DNA of 64,000 bases, from contig JBGQLV010000001.1 in NCBI GenBank assembly GCA_041500225.1, forward strand, positions 10,841-74,840, read 5' to 3'. Under the pieces are notes generated by a model, which worked only from the letters and a program-made list of their open reading frames with translations, had not been told where the DNA came from and made no database searches. The translations under genes and the position numbers were made by a program. Shown piece by piece: positions 38,836 to 49,394 of the stretch; position 1 is the stretch's first letter, and each line of letters begins with the position of its first letter. The DNA comes from Thermodesulfovibrionia bacterium (GTDB taxonomy: Bacteria; Nitrospirota; Thermodesulfovibrionia; Thermodesulfovibrionales; SM23-35).

Positions 38836-39771
38836 ATGCCAGAAATAAGTTACTTTAAACATCCGCAGGCCCTTGTTGAATCGTCAGAAATCGGTAAGGG
38901 CACCCGCATCTGGGCATTTTCCCATATTCTTCCTGGTGCGATCATCGGGAGCGACTGCAATATCTGCGATCATGTCTTTATTGAAAACGATGTCATCATC
39001 GGCGACCGGGTCACAATCAAATGCGGAGTACAAATATGGGATGGTCTCAGGATTGAGAACAATGTATTTATCGGTCCAAATGCGACATTCACAAACGATA
39101 AATTTCCACAGAGCAAGCAATATCCGACTGAATTTGCCAAAACTACAATCCGTGAGGGGGCATCAATCGGTGCGAACGCAACGATCCGTGCTGATATAAC
39201 GATTGGAAAAACTTCAATAGTTGAAGCCGGGGCCGTAGTCACGAAAGATGTGCCATCCAACGCGATAGTGACTGGAAATCCAGCCCACATTATCGGTTAT
39301 GTCTCGACAGTGACCCATGCTGTGACCCAAGTTCAAGTGCCGATTGCCCGTGATCTGAGCCATGTTTCTGGAGTTAGACTTATTGAACTCCCGCTTATTC
39401 CAGACCTTCGTGGTTCGCTCTCTTTTGCAGAAGTAGGTCAAAAATTACCTTTTGAGCCGAAACGATATTTTATAGTATTCGATGTTACCAGCAAAGAGGT
39501 GCGCGGTGAACATGCTCATCGCCGGTTACATCAATTTCTGGTTTGTATCAAAGGAAGCTGTTCAATAGTCGTTGACGATGGGAAAAGCAGGGAAGAAATT
39601 GAGCTCGATCGGCCAAATATAGGCATCTACATTCCGCCAATGATCTGGGCAATTCAGTACAAATACACGCCTGACGCAGTGCTGCTGGCGCTGGTGTCGG
39701 ATACGTATGACCCAGCTGATTACATCCGCGATTATGACGAATTCCTTGTTCAAGTAAATGAACGATTATGA
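38836..39771 (+). CDS. Bifunctional FdtD/WxcM-like enzyme: N-terminal left-handed beta-helix N-acetyltransferase + C-terminal cupin 3,4-ketoisomerase
   Basis: Hexapeptide repeats in residues about 20-150. C-terminal [14 protein letters not shown]...[19 protein letters not shown]...[13 protein letters not shown] is the FdtA/WxcM pattern. Confidence 0.75.
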   Translation: MPEISYFKHPQALVESSEIGKGTRIWAFSHILPGAIIGSDCNICDHVFIENDVIIGDRVTIKCGVQIWDGLRIENNVFIGPNATFTNDKFPQSKQYPTEFAKTTIREGASIGANATIRADITIGKTSIVEAGAVVTKDVPSNAIVTGNPAHIIGYVSTVTHAVTQVQVPIARDLSHVSGVRLIELPLIPDLRGSLSFAEVGQKLPFEPKRYFIVFDVTSKEVRGEHAHRRLHQFLVCIKGSCSIVVDDGKSREEIELDRPNIGIYIPPMIWAIQYKYTPDAVLLALVSDTYDPADYIRDYDEFLVQVNERL

Positions 39772-40874
39772 TACCTTTCCTCGATCTCAAATCGCCATAC
39801 CTTGAACTCAAGGATGACCTCGACGCCGCATATCGCCGTGTGATGGAGTCTGGATGGTACATCCTCGGCAGGGAAGTCGAAGCATTCGAGGCTGAGTTTG
39901 CGACCTATTGCGAAGCAGGACATTGCGTTGGTGTTGCCAACGGCCTCGATGCCCTGCACCTTATCATCCGCGCTTACGGAATTGGGCCGGGGGATGAGGT
40001 GATCGTCCCTGCCAATACCTACATTGCTACCTGGCTGGCGGTGACCCATGCTGGAGCAATGCCTGTCCCTGTCGAGCCGGATGAACGGACCTATAACATC
40101 GACCCTACCAGAATTGAGCAAGCCATAACGCTGAGGACAAAAGCTATTCTGGTGGTGCATCTCTATGGTCAGCCGGCGGATATGGACCCGATCAATGCAT
40201 TGGCCCAACAATATGGGATCAAGGTTATTGAAGATGCAGCACAAGGTCATGGCGCACGATATAAGGGGCGCAGAACGGGGAGCTTGGGCGATGCCACAGG
40301 CTTTAGTTTTTATCCTGGAAAGAACCTTGGCGCAATTGGAGACGGGGGTGTGGTAACGACCAATGACCCTGAACTTGCAGAGCGCATCCGGGTCTTGCGC
40401 AACTATGGATCGCGTATCAAGTATCATAACGAAGTCACCGGGTTCAACTCACGGTTGGATGAACTACAGGCGGCGCTGTTGCGGGTAAAGCTGACGAGGC
40501 TTGATGAATGGAATGAGCGGCGCAGGCATGTTGCCGCACAATATGTGCAGAGTCTCAGCGGTCAGCGCGAACTGATTCTGCCCTTCGTGCCGGAGTGGGC
40601 CGAACCGGTATGGCATCTCTTCGTGATCCGTCATAAGCAGCGCGATGCGCTGCAAAAGTCCCTTGCTGACGCAGGCGTTTGCACCATGATCCATTATCCG
40701 ATCCCGCCGCATTTACAACCGGCCTATGAGGATCACAAGTTTACCGTAGGGGATTTCCCGATCTCCGAACGGCTGGCAAGAGAGGTCCTCAGTCTGCCGA
40801 TCGGACCGCATCTGGTTGAGAGAGATATTCGAACGTTGACAGAGGAAGTCACCCGTGCTTCCAAATGGAAATGA
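39768..40874 (+). CDS. DegT/DnrJ/EryC1-family PLP sugar aminotransferase (FdtB-like)
   Basis: MIPFLDLK...[31 protein letters not shown] (PLP lysine). 4-nt overlap with the upstream gene. Confidence 0.85.
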   Translation: MIPFLDLKSPYLELKDDLDAAYRRVMESGWYILGREVEAFEAEFATYCEAGHCVGVANGLDALHLIIRAYGIGPGDEVIVPANTYIATWLAVTHAGAMPVPVEPDERTYNIDPTRIEQAITLRTKAILVVHLYGQPADMDPINALAQQYGIKVIEDAAQGHGARYKGRRTGSLGDATGFSFYPGKNLGAIGDGGVVTTNDPELAERIRVLRNYGSRIKYHNEVTGFNSRLDELQAALLRVKLTRLDEWNERRRHVAAQYVQSLSGQRELILPFVPEWAEPVWHLFVIRHKQRDALQKSLADAGVCTMIHYPIPPHLQPAYEDHKFTVGDFPISERLAREVLSLPIGPHLVERDIRTLTEEVTRASKWK

Positions 40875-40961
40875 AGCACGTTTATTTGACAAGTAATTGC
40901 ACATATCTCAACCACAGAGAATACTTAAATACAAAATATCGTCAAACTGCAAGGTCTATTA

Positions 40962-42773
40962 ATGTTAGATCTTTTTAGAGACTTAAACAGCCTAAGCTCG
41001 CTGCTAACAAGACGGGATAAATGGAGATTTGTTATCCTGCTCGGGCTGATGTTTTTGGCTTCCTTTTTTGAAGCTGCGGGTCTGGCGATGATCCCGGCCT
41101 TTATTACGCTGGTCATAAAACCCTCTGCACTATCAGAAAACCGTTGGGTGGGTGAGTGGTTTGTTGGCCTGCCGGACAAGTCTTCCGTTCATCTCATGCT
41201 CTGGGCGTCTGGTGCATTTCTCGTGTTCCTAGTTTTTAAAAACTTGTTCTTGACCTTTGTGTTTTATGTTCAGACGAGGATCGTCATGTCTCAGCGGGTC
41301 AGATTGGGTGACCGCATGTTCAAAACCTATCAGTCTGCCCCGTATGAGTGGCACCTGCAACACAGTTCCTCTGAATTAATGCGCAGCATCCAAAATGACA
41401 CAGCCCAAGTCTTGAATGGGGTGTTTATGCCCTTTCTTGATCTTATCATGAGCATCATAATGACGGGTATTATCATTGCAGTCATGGTGCTTAGCACTCC
41501 CGGAGTTGCACTTTTGAGTTTCATGGTAACTGGAGTTGGGCTTTTTGTTGTTATTAGTGTTTTCAAGAAGCAGCTCCAGCGTACCAGCTTGGTTATATGG
41601 GATGAAAGCATGGAGATGATCAAGGCTATTCAACAGGGCTTTGGCGCATTAATAGATGCCCGCATCATCGGCTGCGAGAATTTTTTGAGTAAGGCCTATA
41701 AAAGCAGTCTGGCGCGAATGGCGAAGGCGCAAACCCGCCAAAACACAATTCAGAAGTCGACACCCTATACGATGGAGACTTTCGCGATTCTTGGCTTGAT
41801 TATTATCCTGCTGTTACTAATTCAATCGAAGAATTCCCTTGATGCAGTTTTACCGACCATTACCTTGCTTGGCGTGGCAACGATCCGACTCAAGCAGTTG
41901 GCCAGCCAAATAGCCAATTGCTTCAATCAAATGAATGCCTCACGTGCCTCTATCCCAGGTATTGTAACTGATCTGCGCGAATTAGAGGCCATTGATAGCA
42001 AGCGGCGTGCGAAAGCTTCAAGCGCGCAGGTTATCGGCAATTTCAATAGCCTTAGACTTGAAAATGTTAATTACACCTATCCCAACACGGAAAAACTAGC
42101 TGTGCGAAATATTTCGTTGGAACTCAAGAGTGGCGAGTCCATCGCCTTTGTCGGGCCCACAGGCTGCGGCAAGTCCACTCTGGTTAATCTAATCCTTGGA
42201 CTTCTTGAGCCGCACTCAGGCCACATCAAGGTTAACGAACTTGACATTTACCAGAATATCGAGGGCTGGCGAGCCCACCTCGGTTACATCCCACAGTCAA
42301 TTTACCTTATAGATGATACAGTCCGCTTGAATGTCGCTTTTGGTATGCCGCAAAAAAGAGTCAACGAAGAACAACTTTGGACAGCACTGCGCTCAGCCCG
42401 GCTGGACGAATTTGTCATGACGCTGCCAAAAGGACTGGATACCATTGTCGGGGAGCGCGGAGTACGCCTTTCGGGCGGCCAACGCCAGCGCCTTGGTATT
42501 GCCCGCGCACTCTATCCAAACCCTGAAGTGCTCGTGATGGATGAAGCTACCTCTGCCCTTGACAATAAAACTGAAGAAGAGGTCATGGAGGCCATTCAAG
42601 CCCTTAAACATGGCCGCACTCTTATCATAATCGCCCACCGGCTGACCACTGTTGAAGATTGCGACCGGCTTTATTTCCTTCGTGCAGGACAAATCGAAAA
42701 CGTCGGCACCTACGATGAGTTGAAAAAGGTTTCAGCTGCTTTCCGTGAGATGGCAGTGCACGATACCATGTAG
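40962..42773 (+). CDS. Fused TMD-NBD ABC exporter (MsbA/PglK-like)
   Basis: Six N-terminal TM helices. Walker A GPTGCGKST, LSGGQRQR, VLVMDEATSALD. Confidence 0.85.
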   Translation: MLDLFRDLNSLSSLLTRRDKWRFVILLGLMFLASFFEAAGLAMIPAFITLVIKPSALSENRWVGEWFVGLPDKSSVHLMLWASGAFLVFLVFKNLFLTFVFYVQTRIVMSQRVRLGDRMFKTYQSAPYEWHLQHSSSELMRSIQNDTAQVLNGVFMPFLDLIMSIIMTGIIIAVMVLSTPGVALLSFMVTGVGLFVVISVFKKQLQRTSLVIWDESMEMIKAIQQGFGALIDARIIGCENFLSKAYKSSLARMAKAQTRQNTIQKSTPYTMETFAILGLIIILLLLIQSKNSLDAVLPTITLLGVATIRLKQLASQIANCFNQMNASRASIPGIVTDLRELEAIDSKRRAKASSAQVIGNFNSLRLENVNYTYPNTEKLAVRNISLELKSGESIAFVGPTGCGKSTLVNLILGLLEPHSGHIKVNELDIYQNIEGWRAHLGYIPQSIYLIDDTVRLNVAFGMPQKRVNEEQLWTALRSARLDEFVMTLPKGLDTIVGERGVRLSGGQRQRLGIARALYPNPEVLVMDEATSALDNKTEEEVMEAIQALKHGRTLIIIAHRLTTVEDCDRLYFLRAGQIENVGTYDELKKVSAAFREMAVHDTM

Positions 42774-42841
42774 TAATTGATGCTACAAGCTATTATAAAA
42801 AAGTCTCCATGTATTCCCATCTTCTATTAATCTAAAACCCA

Positions 42842-44449
42842 TTGGAGAAAAAACTGCGAATGACCGAACATACACCTGATCAGACTATCGAAACATTTGC
42901 CTACAGTGGCGTCAAAACATCGGCGCACGAACAAAAAGAGCGGCCGCTCATTACTTTCTCTCTTATTGCTTACAACCAAGAGCAGTTCATCCGTGCGGCT
43001 GTCGAAGGCGCTTTTTCGCAGACCTATTCCCCTTTGGAAATCATCCTTTCCGATGACTGCTCCAAAGACCACACCTTCGACATTATGAAGCAAATGACGG
43101 ATGCTTATAAAGGCCCCCATAAAATCATTCTCAACCGCAACGAGAAGAACCTCGGCATGGGGCGACACTTTAGCAAAACAATGAAACTTGCTACTGGAGA
43201 GATAATCGAATTGGCGGATGGTGATGACATATCATTGCCGGAAAGGACAATGGAAACCTGGAAAATAATGCGGGATAATGCAGACATAATGAGCGTTAGT
43301 CTTGGTCTTTATCGGTTTACTGGTAATCCCCCAGTCGAGATACTGAGCAATGGAGAAGAAAGATTAAGAAAATATGATATTTCTAATTACATCTCCGATA
43401 TTGGTTTCCATCTGAATGCGCCGGCAAGAGCTTTTCGCAAATTCACCCATGATTTTTTTGGTCCCTTAGATGAAAACTGTCCGGTTGAAGATGGCCCAAA
43501 TTTAATGAGATGTCTTTTGCACGGTAAGGTTGCCAGCTATAGCAAGACCGCAGTATTGTATCGCATTCATGGAGCTAATTACTATGCATCAGACAATAAA
43601 TACCTTATTGATTTTAAGTCAATTTTCGCTAATTACATTAAGGATATAGAAAAGGCTGAGAAGTCAAATCTGATAGATGGGGATACCGCAAAAAGATGCT
43701 TGAGGGCTACTCGGCAGAGAGAGAATAGAGAGCTTATAAAAATCAGATTCCATAAATCCAACATAAAATTGATTAATTTCTTTTTTTATATATTTTTTTC
43801 GCGTTTATTTTCGAGAAAGGCAAAGTTAGGTTTCTTCAAGCAAGCGCTGCAGTCAAATATGATTGAACTTATAAAAAGCATTATTGTCGCTGCAATGAAG
43901 TTTTCCAAGTTGAGCAATATCAGAAGATGGAAGAATCCCGATTCTTTAAATAAGTCGTGGGATGCACGGACAATAATGATTGCAAAGTTAATTCCTCCGG
44001 GTACCTCAATAATTGAATTCGGCGCTGGCCGCATGATTCTGAAGGAATATATTCCAAAAACTTGCTCATACACCCCTTCAGATATTGTAAGCAGAGGTGA
44101 AGGAACCATTGTAATTGACTTAAATTCTAAACCCTATCCAATATTGAATCAACATTTTGATATAGCGGTTTTTTCAGGCGTCCTTGAATATATTTATGAT
44201 ATAAGAGAGTTAATAGTTTACTTGTCAAGCTTTGTAGATTCTTTAATTGTGTCTTATGCGATTGCAGATGAATGCGATAGCTTAGTTCATCGTAGAAAAC
44301 AAGGGTGGGTCAATGATTACAAGTACAAGGATATTGTAGCTTTGATCGAGGCGTCAGGTTTTATATGTCGAAATGTTGAAACATGGAAGCAACAAAAAAT
44401 ATTTATCTTTCAAAGGGCTGGTGCAAAAAAGATGGCACATCCCCGGTAG
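42842..44449 (+). CDS. Fusion protein: N-terminal GT2 glycosyltransferase + C-terminal SAM-methyltransferase-like domain
   Basis: ITFSLIAYNQEQFIRAAVEGAFSQTYSPLEIILSDDCSKD (GT2). C-terminal IIEFGAGRMILKEYIP...DIAVFSGVLEYI (MTase motifs I/II-like). TTG start in the track; ATG alternative at 42860. Confidence 0.65.
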   Translation: MEKKLRMTEHTPDQTIETFAYSGVKTSAHEQKERPLITFSLIAYNQEQFIRAAVEGAFSQTYSPLEIILSDDCSKDHTFDIMKQMTDAYKGPHKIILNRNEKNLGMGRHFSKTMKLATGEIIELADGDDISLPERTMETWKIMRDNADIMSVSLGLYRFTGNPPVEILSNGEERLRKYDISNYISDIGFHLNAPARAFRKFTHDFFGPLDENCPVEDGPNLMRCLLHGKVASYSKTAVLYRIHGANYYASDNKYLIDFKSIFANYIKDIEKAEKSNLIDGDTAKRCLRATRQRENRELIKIRFHKSNIKLINFFFYIFFSRLFSRKAKLGFFKQALQSNMIELIKSIIVAAMKFSKLSNIRRWKNPDSLNKSWDARTIMIAKLIPPGTSIIEFGAGRMILKEYIPKTCSYTPSDIVSRGEGTIVIDLNSKPYPILNQHFDIAVFSGVLEYIYDIRELIVYLSSFVDSLIVSYAIADECDSLVHRRKQGWVNDYKYKDIVALIEASGFICRNVETWKQQKIFIFQRAGAKKMAHPR

Positions 44450-44463
44450 ATGACAATAAATAA

Positions 44464-45336
44464 ATGGGACTTTTCCGTAAATACGTTAGAGGTGCGAATC
44501 AGAGATTAAAGAGTTACAGTGCTGTATGTGCTTCAAAGCTTCGCCGCAACATTGTAGCCGCTGGTTGGTATAATGTCGCAAACTTTGGGGATCAGCTAAC
44601 TCCTGAGTTGCTTCGTTATTTCGGCCTCTGGCCAATTCATACACCTTTATTTAAGTTTGCGGAGGTAGTGGGGGTCGGATCAATTATCCACCTTATTCCA
44701 AAGGATTTTTCCGGTGTTGTTCTTGGGTCCGGATTAATTAAAGATGGGGGGCCTTTGCATTTTCCTAAGACAAAATTTTTCTTGGTCCGTGGAAAATTAA
44801 CTCGTGAAAGGCTTGGCCTCCCTGTCTCTGTTCCTGTAGGTGACCCGGGGTTAATTGTGGACAAAGTCTACGCGGGGGTTATTAAGAAAGAAAAAAGATG
44901 GGACGCGGGAATTGTTCCACACTACAAAGATAGCCAAAATGACTTTATTAAGAAGATAAGCCTGGAAAGTATTGGCATAAACATTAAGATAATTGACGTA
45001 CGGCGTAGGCCGGAAGAGGTCGTGAAGGAAATAGCTGAATGCGCCTGTATTTTTTCGTCTTCTTTGCACGGCCTTGTTGTGGCGGACAGCTTAGGGATTC
45101 CAAACAGGTGGATTAAATTTTCCAGTGATTTAATCGGAGGTAATTTCAAGTTTCATGATTATTATTCATGCTTCGATATTGAAAGAGCGCCTCTTGAAAT
45201 ACTTGAAATAGCCGGACATGAAAAGGTGAGCGAACTCTTATGCGAGGCAGAGTCAATTTCGCATGATCTTGTTGATAAAATCAAAAGGAATATACATTCT
45301 GCTTATGTCGAATTTAGGGATGCTGTTCTAAAATGA
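44464..45336 (+). CDS. Polysaccharide pyruvyl transferase (CsaB/WcaK family)
   Basis: NVANFGDQLTPELL near the N-terminus and SSSLHGLVVADSLGIPNRWI near the C-terminus. Confidence 0.7.
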   Translation: MGLFRKYVRGANQRLKSYSAVCASKLRRNIVAAGWYNVANFGDQLTPELLRYFGLWPIHTPLFKFAEVVGVGSIIHLIPKDFSGVVLGSGLIKDGGPLHFPKTKFFLVRGKLTRERLGLPVSVPVGDPGLIVDKVYAGVIKKEKRWDAGIVPHYKDSQNDFIKKISLESIGINIKIIDVRRRPEEVVKEIAECACIFSSSLHGLVVADSLGIPNRWIKFSSDLIGGNFKFHDYYSCFDIERAPLEILEIAGHEKVSELLCEAESISHDLVDKIKRNIHSAYVEFRDAVLK

Positions 45337-45359
45337 TGTTATTTAGAGGATTGTTGTAA

Positions 45360-46379
45360 GTGGAAAAATCAGGCAAAATGACAGCTGGGCTTTTCACTGT
45401 TATTATCCCGGCTTATAACAGAGCCGATCTCATTTGCAAGGCACTGAACAGCGTTAGGGCACAAACTTATCGTCCAATTGAGATCATTGTGGTGGATGAC
45501 GGTTCATTGGACAACACGAAATCTGTGGTTGAAACTTGGGCTACGGAAAATTCGGAAGGTGATGCACTTTCCCTGCGTTATTTCTACCAGGAGAATGCGG
45601 GGCCAGGTGCCGCAAGGAATCGTGGTATTCAGGAAATTCGCGGCGAGTATGTGCAGTTCCTTGATTCCGACGATCTGATTCACAGGGAGAGGTTTAAGAT
45701 GTTAGTTGATTTATTCAGATCATCTTCCTGCGAGTTTATTGAGACCGGTTTTGAGGGGTTTTGTTCAAAATGTGGAGAAGTTTATGAGAGACATTTCGGA
45801 CACACTGAAACCGATGCGATAGTTTTGCTTCTCTTAGGGAGATTGTGGGCAAATACTTTGCGATCTGCCTTTCGTAGAAGTCTGGTTGTTCGCATAGGTC
45901 ATTGGAATGAGGATATGTCCTGTTTCGAAGATTATGAGTATATGACTCGGGCAATAATGTTGTCGAAGAAAAACAAGGCAATTCACGATATTCTTGCGAG
46001 TGCACGTCGTGGCGGCGGTGAGCGGGTAAGTGATCGTTTGAAGACATATGAGGGAAGAACTTTTCGTATTCATTGTGAGGGCCTGTTGCGTGACAAGATT
46101 AATGAGCTCGATAATATATCATTGGAGGCAAAAAGATCATTTGCATCAAGGATTTATATGCTTGGTATCCGTAGTAATGCAGCCGGCTGGCCGGATCTTG
46201 GTAAGCGTTGCTTTGAGATTGCTGACAGCGTTGGGGTCAAACTTGATGGCCGTGGTAAATTAAATCGGTTGATCTGCCGTATGGGTAAATGTGGCGGGCT
46301 TGCCAATGAGTATTTATATAAACTGAAGAATGTAATTTTGCATAAAAAAGTGAATGAACAACATATTTGTAAAAAGTAG
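45360..46379 (+). CDS. GT2-family glycosyltransferase
   Basis: FTVIIPAYNRADLICKALNSVRAQTYRPIEIIVVDDGSLDNT, FLDSDD. Confidence 0.8.
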   Translation: MEKSGKMTAGLFTVIIPAYNRADLICKALNSVRAQTYRPIEIIVVDDGSLDNTKSVVETWATENSEGDALSLRYFYQENAGPGAARNRGIQEIRGEYVQFLDSDDLIHRERFKMLVDLFRSSSCEFIETGFEGFCSKCGEVYERHFGHTETDAIVLLLLGRLWANTLRSAFRRSLVVRIGHWNEDMSCFEDYEYMTRAIMLSKKNKAIHDILASARRGGGERVSDRLKTYEGRTFRIHCEGLLRDKINELDNISLEAKRSFASRIYMLGIRSNAAGWPDLGKRCFEIADSVGVKLDGRGKLNRLICRMGKCGGLANEYLYKLKNVILHKKVNEQHICKK

Positions 46380-46431
46380 TAATTTAATTTATTAAATGGC
46401 AAATACTCTTAAGAAACATCTAAGTTAAGAT

Positions 46432-47556
46432 ATGCGTAAATTTTTGTATCCTACAAAAATTTTTGTTAAAAGACTTTTTTTGCTCATTTTAAAAGGATAT
46501 ACATATATTTCTGTTGAATGGATTCTGGCCTATCTGCTGAAAAAGATAAATAATCTTATGTTCAAAGCCTTACCTTCACGCAGAAATAAAATTGTTTGGC
46601 TTGGTGCTTTCCCGCCTATGCATTCAAATATGGGGGATCATGCTCAAACGTTGGCAGCTGAACAGTACTTCAATAATGAATTTCCGGATTATCATGTTAT
46701 TTGCCTCAATCGGAATCAAATCAGTATTCCACTGCTAAAAAAGATCTCTTCAACCCTCAATAGCAATGATCTGGTTTTTATTCACAGCAGCGGAGATTTT
46801 GGCAGCAAGTATTATGATGTAGAAAAATCTTATTGTAAGTTGAGGAAAGAGATAATCAATATTTTTAATAAGAATAAGATAATTAATCTTCCTACTACTG
46901 TTTTTTATGAAAACAATGAAAGGGGGAAGCGAATCCTCGAAGACGACCGTCAATTTTATAAAAATAAAAATGTTACTATCCTTGGCCGGGAATCTGTCAG
47001 TGCTGATTTTTTGGCTAGTAACTTTGAATGCAATAGTAGTTTTTTCCCTGATTTTGTTTTCTATTTAAAGCCAACAATGATAAAAAAGCCTCGTAAGGGG
47101 GCCTTGCTTCTTTTGAGGAGTGACGAGGAATCCGGGTTGTCAAATGAAGAAAAAACTAAATTAATCTATCTTGCCCAAAAATACACTTCAGTTGTGCATG
47201 ATAGGGACATATTGAAATCATCTATTCCAGTTGTAGCATTTATACGACAAAACTATATTGACTCGATTTGCAGAATCTATCAAAATTATGAGTTCGTGAT
47301 AACGGATCGGCTGCATGGGATGATAATTGCGGTAATTACCAAAACGCCGTGTATAGCAATAAGTGGAGGAATACCTCATAAAATATCAGCATATCAATCT
47401 TTTCTTTCTGAGTCAGTAGAATTTATAAATAAGACAGAAGAATTTGATTCAGCAATAAAAAGTATACAAAGCAGGCCCTACAAAGAAACAGATATGTCAT
47501 CTTATTTTGATAATTTCAGAAAGGATATTATAGGAATTAGGTGGATGAATGGATAA
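46432..47556 (+). CDS. Polysaccharide pyruvyl transferase family protein (second copy, low GC)
   Basis: HSNMGDHAQTLAAEQY and TDRLHGMIIAVITKTPCIAI motifs. Confidence 0.65.
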   Translation: MRKFLYPTKIFVKRLFLLILKGYTYISVEWILAYLLKKINNLMFKALPSRRNKIVWLGAFPPMHSNMGDHAQTLAAEQYFNNEFPDYHVICLNRNQISIPLLKKISSTLNSNDLVFIHSSGDFGSKYYDVEKSYCKLRKEIINIFNKNKIINLPTTVFYENNERGKRILEDDRQFYKNKNVTILGRESVSADFLASNFECNSSFFPDFVFYLKPTMIKKPRKGALLLLRSDEESGLSNEEKTKLIYLAQKYTSVVHDRDILKSSIPVVAFIRQNYIDSICRIYQNYEFVITDRLHGMIIAVITKTPCIAISGGIPHKISAYQSFLSESVEFINKTEEFDSAIKSIQSRPYKETDMSSYFDNFRKDIIGIRWMNG

Positions 47557-48601
47557 ACGGCGTTTGTTTTTCTTAACAACGGATGCAAACGAACCATCCG
47601 GGGGGCGGAAGATGACATACAACCTTGTGGACCTTTTGGTTAAAAATGGTTTTGAGGCGTATGCACTGCATCAGAAGATGAATTTTCGTTATGACTGGTT
47701 TAATAATAATACTCCCGTAGCTTATACATATCAAATAAAAATGCATCGTGCGAGGAAAAATATAATTAAATACATATTACTGGTTTTAAAATTGATAGCA
47801 TTAGATTTTTCTGCTCTGTCATATAAAACAACGAAACGGGTCCAAATTAACAACAATGATATATTGGTTATTCCTTGTAATCGCCTCTCCTTTGTAGATG
47901 AAATACTTCAGGGCGTTAAGAAGGTTATACTCAGTCAGAGCCCATACCTTTTTTTTCGATCATATCTCGGATCAGGAGAACAAAACAAATTTTATCATCC
48001 TGATATTACAGCACTAATAACAATGTCAAAAATGAATTATGAATTGCAGAGGTTTTGTTTTCCGGGCGTAAAAATATATAACGTCCCCGCGTTTATTGAT
48101 GAATTAGTGTTTACATACAAGCAGGGAAAGAAAAGGCAGATTATATATATGCCACGCCGCAACAGCGATGACTCAGAAGCGCTGAAAAATTTACTCAAAT
48201 ACAGAGACCGCTTACAGGGCTTTTCTATCGTTCCCGTAGATAATTTGACACAAGAAGAGGTTGCTCAAATTTATCAGGATTCGTTGATTTTTCTTTCGTT
48301 TTCCAAACGAGAAGGTTTTGGGCTTCCTCCAGCCGAGGCTATGGCTTGCGGTTGTATTGTTATTGGCTACTCGGGAAATGGGGGAGACGAGTTTTTTCAT
48401 GAAGATTTGTGTTTTAAAATAAATGAAGGTGATCTTCTTCATTACGCACAAACCGTTGAATCTGTTATCGAGGAGTATTTGACTGATCCTGCCCGTTTAG
48501 ATAAATTAAGAAGACGCGCGTCTGATTATATATTGCAAACATACTCAAAAGATAAGACCGAGTCGATTCTTTTGGATGTATGGAACGAAATTCTAACGTG
48601 A
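47549..48601 (+). CDS. GT4-family (GT-B) glycosyltransferase
   Basis: C-terminal EGFGLPPAEAMACGCIVIG (E-x7-E motif). Confidence 0.7.
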   Translation: MDKRRLFFLTTDANEPSGGRKMTYNLVDLLVKNGFEAYALHQKMNFRYDWFNNNTPVAYTYQIKMHRARKNIIKYILLVLKLIALDFSALSYKTTKRVQINNNDILVIPCNRLSFVDEILQGVKKVILSQSPYLFFRSYLGSGEQNKFYHPDITALITMSKMNYELQRFCFPGVKIYNVPAFIDELVFTYKQGKKRQIIYMPRRNSDDSEALKNLLKYRDRLQGFSIVPVDNLTQEEVAQIYQDSLIFLSFSKREGFGLPPAEAMACGCIVIGYSGNGGDEFFHEDLCFKINEGDLLHYAQTVESVIEEYLTDPARLDKLRRRASDYILQTYSKDKTESILLDVWNEILT

Positions 48602-48615
48602 ACAAATATTAAGAA

Positions 48616-49350
48616 ATGCGTTTTTCGGAAATAGCGACCATTATAAAAGATATACCTTATACTTCCAGAGAGAGAGGCAAAAGATTATATGACCATATAT
48701 TAATCAACAAGCCACAAAATTGTCTCGAATTGGGTTTTGCTCATGGTGTTGCAAGTTGTTATATCGCCGCAGCACTCGATGAGCTTGGGGTGGGTACTCT
48801 TACATGTGTTGACCTGGAAAGCAGTAAAGATAGAGTCCCTAATTTGGAAGCTCTTCTGGATAGGAGCGGTCTTCAGAAGTATGTATCAATAAATCGAGAG
48901 AAGAGTTGTTATACCTGGTTTCTAAAAAAGGAGATCGAGCGCAACAGCAATGAATATATGTGCAATCCTGTCTATGACTTGTGCTTCATTGATGGCCCAA
49001 AGAACTGGACAATTGATGGGTTTGCCTTCTTTCTTGTTGATAAGTTATTAAAAGAAAATGGCTATATTATTTTTGATGATTATAGATGGGTATATGGTGA
49101 ATACTCGAAAGATATACTTGACGGGATAAAAATAAGAGAAATGCCTGTGGATCAGATCGTGACCCCAAATATTGAACTGGTCTTCAAATTACTTGTCATG
49201 CAACATCAGAATTATTCAAACTTCATTGTCGATGATGACTGGGCTTATGCACAAAAGATAAGATCTGAAACCAAGAACTTGCGGATAATCACAACAACAT
49301 CATTCAAATATCGCTTCTTGAAGAAGATTAAATCTATTTTGAAATCATAA
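48616..49350 (+). CDS. Class I SAM-dependent methyltransferase (Methyltransf_24-like)
   Basis: CLELGFAHGVASCYIAAAL...CFIDGPKNW...GYIIFDDY. Confidence 0.6.
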   Translation: MRFSEIATIIKDIPYTSRERGKRLYDHILINKPQNCLELGFAHGVASCYIAAALDELGVGTLTCVDLESSKDRVPNLEALLDRSGLQKYVSINREKSCYTWFLKKEIERNSNEYMCNPVYDLCFIDGPKNWTIDGFAFFLVDKLLKENGYIIFDDYRWVYGEYSKDILDGIKIREMPVDQIVTPNIELVFKLLVMQHQNYSNFIVDDDWAYAQKIRSETKNLRIITTTSFKYRFLKKIKSILKS

Positions 49351-49394
49351 TACCCTCCTCTAATCCTCTGAAAATCGGTAAAATAATATAAAAT

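Noticed and set aside
38658-38858. 66-aa ORF in the methyltransferase/FdtD-like intergenic region
   Set aside because: No RBS and no motif. The region contains a CCTGTTG...CAACAGG hairpin and the RBS of the downstream gene, so it is more likely non-coding.
39750-40427. 225-aa minus-strand ORF
   Set aside because: Antisense to the DegT-family aminotransferase, which has clear PLP-enzyme motifs on the plus strand.
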